64,000 bases of DNA, taken from NCBI GenBank assembly GCA_040080215.1, contig JBEBIT010000008.1, forward strand, positions 14,487 through 78,486, in the 5' to 3' direction. Origin of the DNA: Steroidobacteraceae bacterium. Lineage in GTDB: Bacteria > Pseudomonadota > Gammaproteobacteria > Steroidobacterales > Steroidobacteraceae. Shown here piece by piece: positions 61,858-64,000 of this stretch. The notes beneath the pieces are model-generated. The model saw only the letters and a program-made list of their open reading frames with translations. It made no database searches and had not been told where the DNA came from. Each line of letters opens with the position of its first letter. The first letter of the stretch is position 1. The position numbers and the translations under genes were made by a program.

Positions 61858-64000
61858 TACCTGGGACCGGCGCGACTTGCAGGCGGCGCGGCAGCGGGTG
61901 CTTCAGGCGTCGGTGCCGGCGTTGTCACCGGAGTTGGCGAGACTGCGCGCACCCCTTCATTGGTCGTGTTCTGAACCGCGGGTGTTCCGCCCGCAGCAGG
62001 CGCTGCAGGTGGATACTTCGCATATTCCTCGATTGGCGCGAGGGTGGGTTGCTTGTCGCCCGGAAGCATCCTTACATTGCCGTTGCTGCGATTGAGCTGC
62101 TGGTCGCGGATCAGGTTGTACTTGCTGTTGGTCTCGAAGGCAGCCTCGACGCCGTCCCGGATGATGGTCGGGCGGATGAAGACCATCAGGTTGGTCTTCA
62201 CCTTCTTCACGCTGCGTGTCTTGAACAGTTCTCCCAGCAGCGGAATGGCACCGAGGAACGGCACGCGATTCTCGCCTTCGCGGAGGTTGTCCTCGATCAG
62301 CCCGCCCAGCACGATTACGCCGCCATCGTCGACCAGCACCTTCGTGTTGATGGTCCGCTTGTTGGTGATGAGGTCGACCGCACCGGAAGTGCCTTGGGCA
62401 AGGCTGGAAGCCTCCTGCTCGATCTTCATCAATACGGAGCCGCTGTCATTGATCTGGGGCGTGATCTTCAGGATCGTGCCGACTTCCTGTCGCTGGATGG
62501 TCTGGAAGGGATTCACGGTGCCGGTGGCCCCGCCCGTGGTGCTTCCCGTCGTGTTCGTGTACTGGCCGGTGATGAAAGGTACTTCCTGCGCAATCTTGAT
62601 CTCGGCTTCCTCGTTGTCCAGCGTCATGATCGAGGGAGTGGAGATGATGTTCGTGTTGGCGTCGCCGCGCAGAGCACGCAGGATTACCGCGAAGTTCATG
62701 CCGCCGCCGGCCTGGTCGAACCGCCCGCCACCCAACGTGAGGCCATTCGGAACTGTCGTCGTCGCAGTTGGATTCGCGATGCCGCGCAGGATGTCGCCCA
62801 GGCTGGTACCGCCGACGGCCTGATTGAAGACGCCGAGCGGAATCGGATTCCCCGCGGAATCGTTGCCGGTTGCCGCCCAGTTGAGTCCGAGCTCCGAGGC
62901 TTTGTCGGAATCGATCTCGACCACGATGGCCTCGACCTGGACCTGCGCGCGGCGGATGTCGAGCTTGTCGATGATCGACATGACCTGGCGCATCATCTTG
63001 GGGGGTGCCGTGATGACGAGCGCGTTGGTTTGCACATCCGCCCAGATCGTCACGTTGCGGTCTGCGGCCGCTGCGCCGGCGGCAGCAGCGCCGCCGGGTG
63101 CAGCCTGCGTGACGCCCTGCACCTGCTCCTTGAGTTTGGTCGCGATTTTTTCAGCATCTGCGTAGTGCAGGTAGCGGACCTGGGTATCACCGCCGCTTTC
63201 GAGCGGCGTGTCCAGGTGCGTAATCAGGGTCTTGATCCGCAGGCGCTGGGACGCTTCGCCAGTCACGAGCACGCTGTTGCTGCGGTCGTCTGCCACGACC
63301 TTTACCTGCATGGCGCCACCGCCGCCTTCAGCGGCGGCACCGCCCGCGGCGAACAGGGTGTTGACGACGCGGACGATCTCACCGGAGCTCGCGTTCTGCA
63401 GCTGGATGATGTCGATGTCGCCGTCGCCCGCCTGGTCGATGCGGGCGATGATCCGCATGATCCGGTTCACGTTGTTCGCGCGGTCGGAAATGATCAGCAC
63501 GTTCGATGACGGGGATGCGACGAGATGGCCTTCCTGCGGGATGAGCGGGCGCAGGATCGGGACCAGCTGTACCGCGCTGATGTTCCGTACGGTAATGACC
63601 TGGGTGACGATCTCGTCCGAAGTCGCACTGACGCGATCTGGCAAGTCGACCGAGGGCGAGGTGCGCGCATTGGCCATAGGAATCACACGGACGATGTTCC
63701 CGGTCTCGACGGCCGTGAAGCCATGCACCTGCAATATCGACAGGAAGGCCTGGTAGAACGCATCTGGGGACATCGGTGTCGATGACAGCATGGTCACCTG
63801 TGCGCGCACCCGGGGATCGATGATGAAGTTCTTGCCGGTGATGGCGCTTACCGCATCGACGATCTGCGCAAGGTCTGCATCCTTGTAGTTAGGCGTGATG
63901 GTGGCTTGCTGTGCGTTGGCGCTGGCTGAGCTCAGCAACAGCACTGCGCAGACCCATGCCGGGAGTACGCCCCTGGCCCGACCTTGCGCTGCTTGCGGGT
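61857..64000 (-). CDS. gspD: Type II secretion secretin GspD; the extreme N-terminus (start codon) lies beyond the right edge of the window
   Basis: It has N0-N3 domains and a secretin domain (VVLGGLI, VPFLGAIPLLGELFK). The in-frame sequence upstream of the listed M reads ...RARGVLPAWVCAVLLLSSASANAQQ (a signal peptide) with no start before position 64000. The C-terminus is a Pro/Ala/Thr-rich tail. Confidence 0.95.
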   Translation of the reverse strand, partial: PQAAQGRARGVLPAWVCAVLLLSSASANAQQATITPNYKDADLAQIVDAVSAITGKNFIIDPRVRAQVTMLSSTPMSPDAFYQAFLSILQVHGFTAVETGNIVRVIPMANARTSPSVDLPDRVSATSDEIVTQVITVRNISAVQLVPILRPLIPQEGHLVASPSSNVLIISDRANNVNRIMRIIARIDQAGDGDIDIIQLQNASSGEIVRVVNTLFAAGGAAAEGGGGAMQVKVVADDRSNSVLVTGEASQRLRIKTLITHLDTPLESGGDTQVRYLHYADAEKIATKLKEQVQGVTQAAPGGAAAAGAAAADRNVTIWADVQTNALVITAPPKMMRQVMSIIDKLDIRRAQVQVEAIVVEIDSDKASELGLNWAATGNDSAGNPIPLGVFNQAVGGTSLGDILRGIANPTATTTVPNGLTLGGGRFDQAGGGMNFAVILRALRGDANTNIISTPSIMTLDNEEAEIKIAQEVPFITGQYTNTTGSTTGGATGTVNPFQTIQRQEVGTILKITPQINDSGSVLMKIEQEASSLAQGTSGAVDLITNKRTINTKVLVDDGGVIVLGGLIEDNLREGENRVPFLGAIPLLGELFKTRSVKKVKTNLMVFIRPTIIRDGVEAAFETNSKYNLIRDQQLNRSNGNVRMLPGDKQPTLAPIEEYAKYPPAAPAAGGTPAVQNTTNEGVRAVSPTPVTTPAPTPEAPAAAPPASRAGPR

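Noticed and set aside
61833-63509. 558-aa plus-strand ORF opposite gspD
   Set aside because: It is a shadow ORF of the secretin gene, with an Arg/Asp/Gly-rich nonsense composition.
1-64000. Search by eye for CRISPR arrays, tRNA/rRNA genes, IS elements, integrases, toxin-antitoxin pairs or known defence systems
   Set aside because: None was found. No regularly spaced direct repeats, no cloverleaf-like or rRNA-like conserved stretches, and no transposase, integrase or nuclease-type ORFs were recognised. A computational scan (tRNAscan-SE, Infernal, ISfinder, DefenseFinder) would still be needed to exclude small elements.

Overview
High-GC (about 62-66% by spot counts) chromosomal segment, probably from a gammaproteobacterium. 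The block rne / rluC / maf(yceF) / yceD / rpmF / plsX / fabH (35.6-43.3 kb) has the same order and orientation as in E. coli. No rRNA, tRNA, CRISPR array, transposase or integrase was recognised by eye.

(1) 0-12.3 kb: a locus of mostly exported proteins. It contains two PQQ quinoprotein dehydrogenases, a di-haem cytochrome c, a TonB-dependent receptor and a Tat-exported TIM-barrel enzyme. It also holds two diverged copies of a three-gene set of secreted proteins of unknown function. A LacI-family regulator sits next to it, and a perfect 12-bp palindrome occurs twice in the divergent promoter.

(2) 13.6-21.3 kb: sugar-type enzymes (TIM barrel plus Gfo/Idh/MocA, alpha-hydroxy-acid dehydrogenase, aldo-keto reductase) and secreted hydrolases.

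(3) 21.3-31.5 kb: a mixed aromatic-catabolism cluster. It has two Tat-signal amidohydrolases, a LigAB-type extradiol dioxygenase, an alpha/beta hydrolase, CoA-transferase AB, AraC, MFS, a CMD-family protein and an FAD monooxygenase.

(4) 32.2-35.0 kb: a third cassette of the same unknown secreted family, flanking an MBL-fold hydrolase.

(5) 35.1-43.3 kb: housekeeping genes.

(6) 43.3-44.9 kb: an L,D-transpeptidase next to a Lys-terminated alanine-rich lipoprotein.

(7) 45.2-52.2 kb: the minor-pilin operon fimT-pilV-pilW-pilX-orf-pilY1-pilE, which is visibly lower in GC.

(8) 52.4-58.7 kb: the SOS mutagenesis cassette lexA-imuA-imuB-dnaE2.

(9) 59.1-64.0 kb: gspD-gspE-gspF of a type II secretion system.

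The best candidate for something undescribed is the recurring set of secreted unknown proteins. There are six members of one family in three subtypes, plus two small proteins whose predicted mature N-terminus is His-His. These are embedded with the TonB receptor, the PQQ/cytochrome c redox enzymes and Tat-exported enzymes.

All functional calls come from motif recognition in the translated ORFs. No database search was run.
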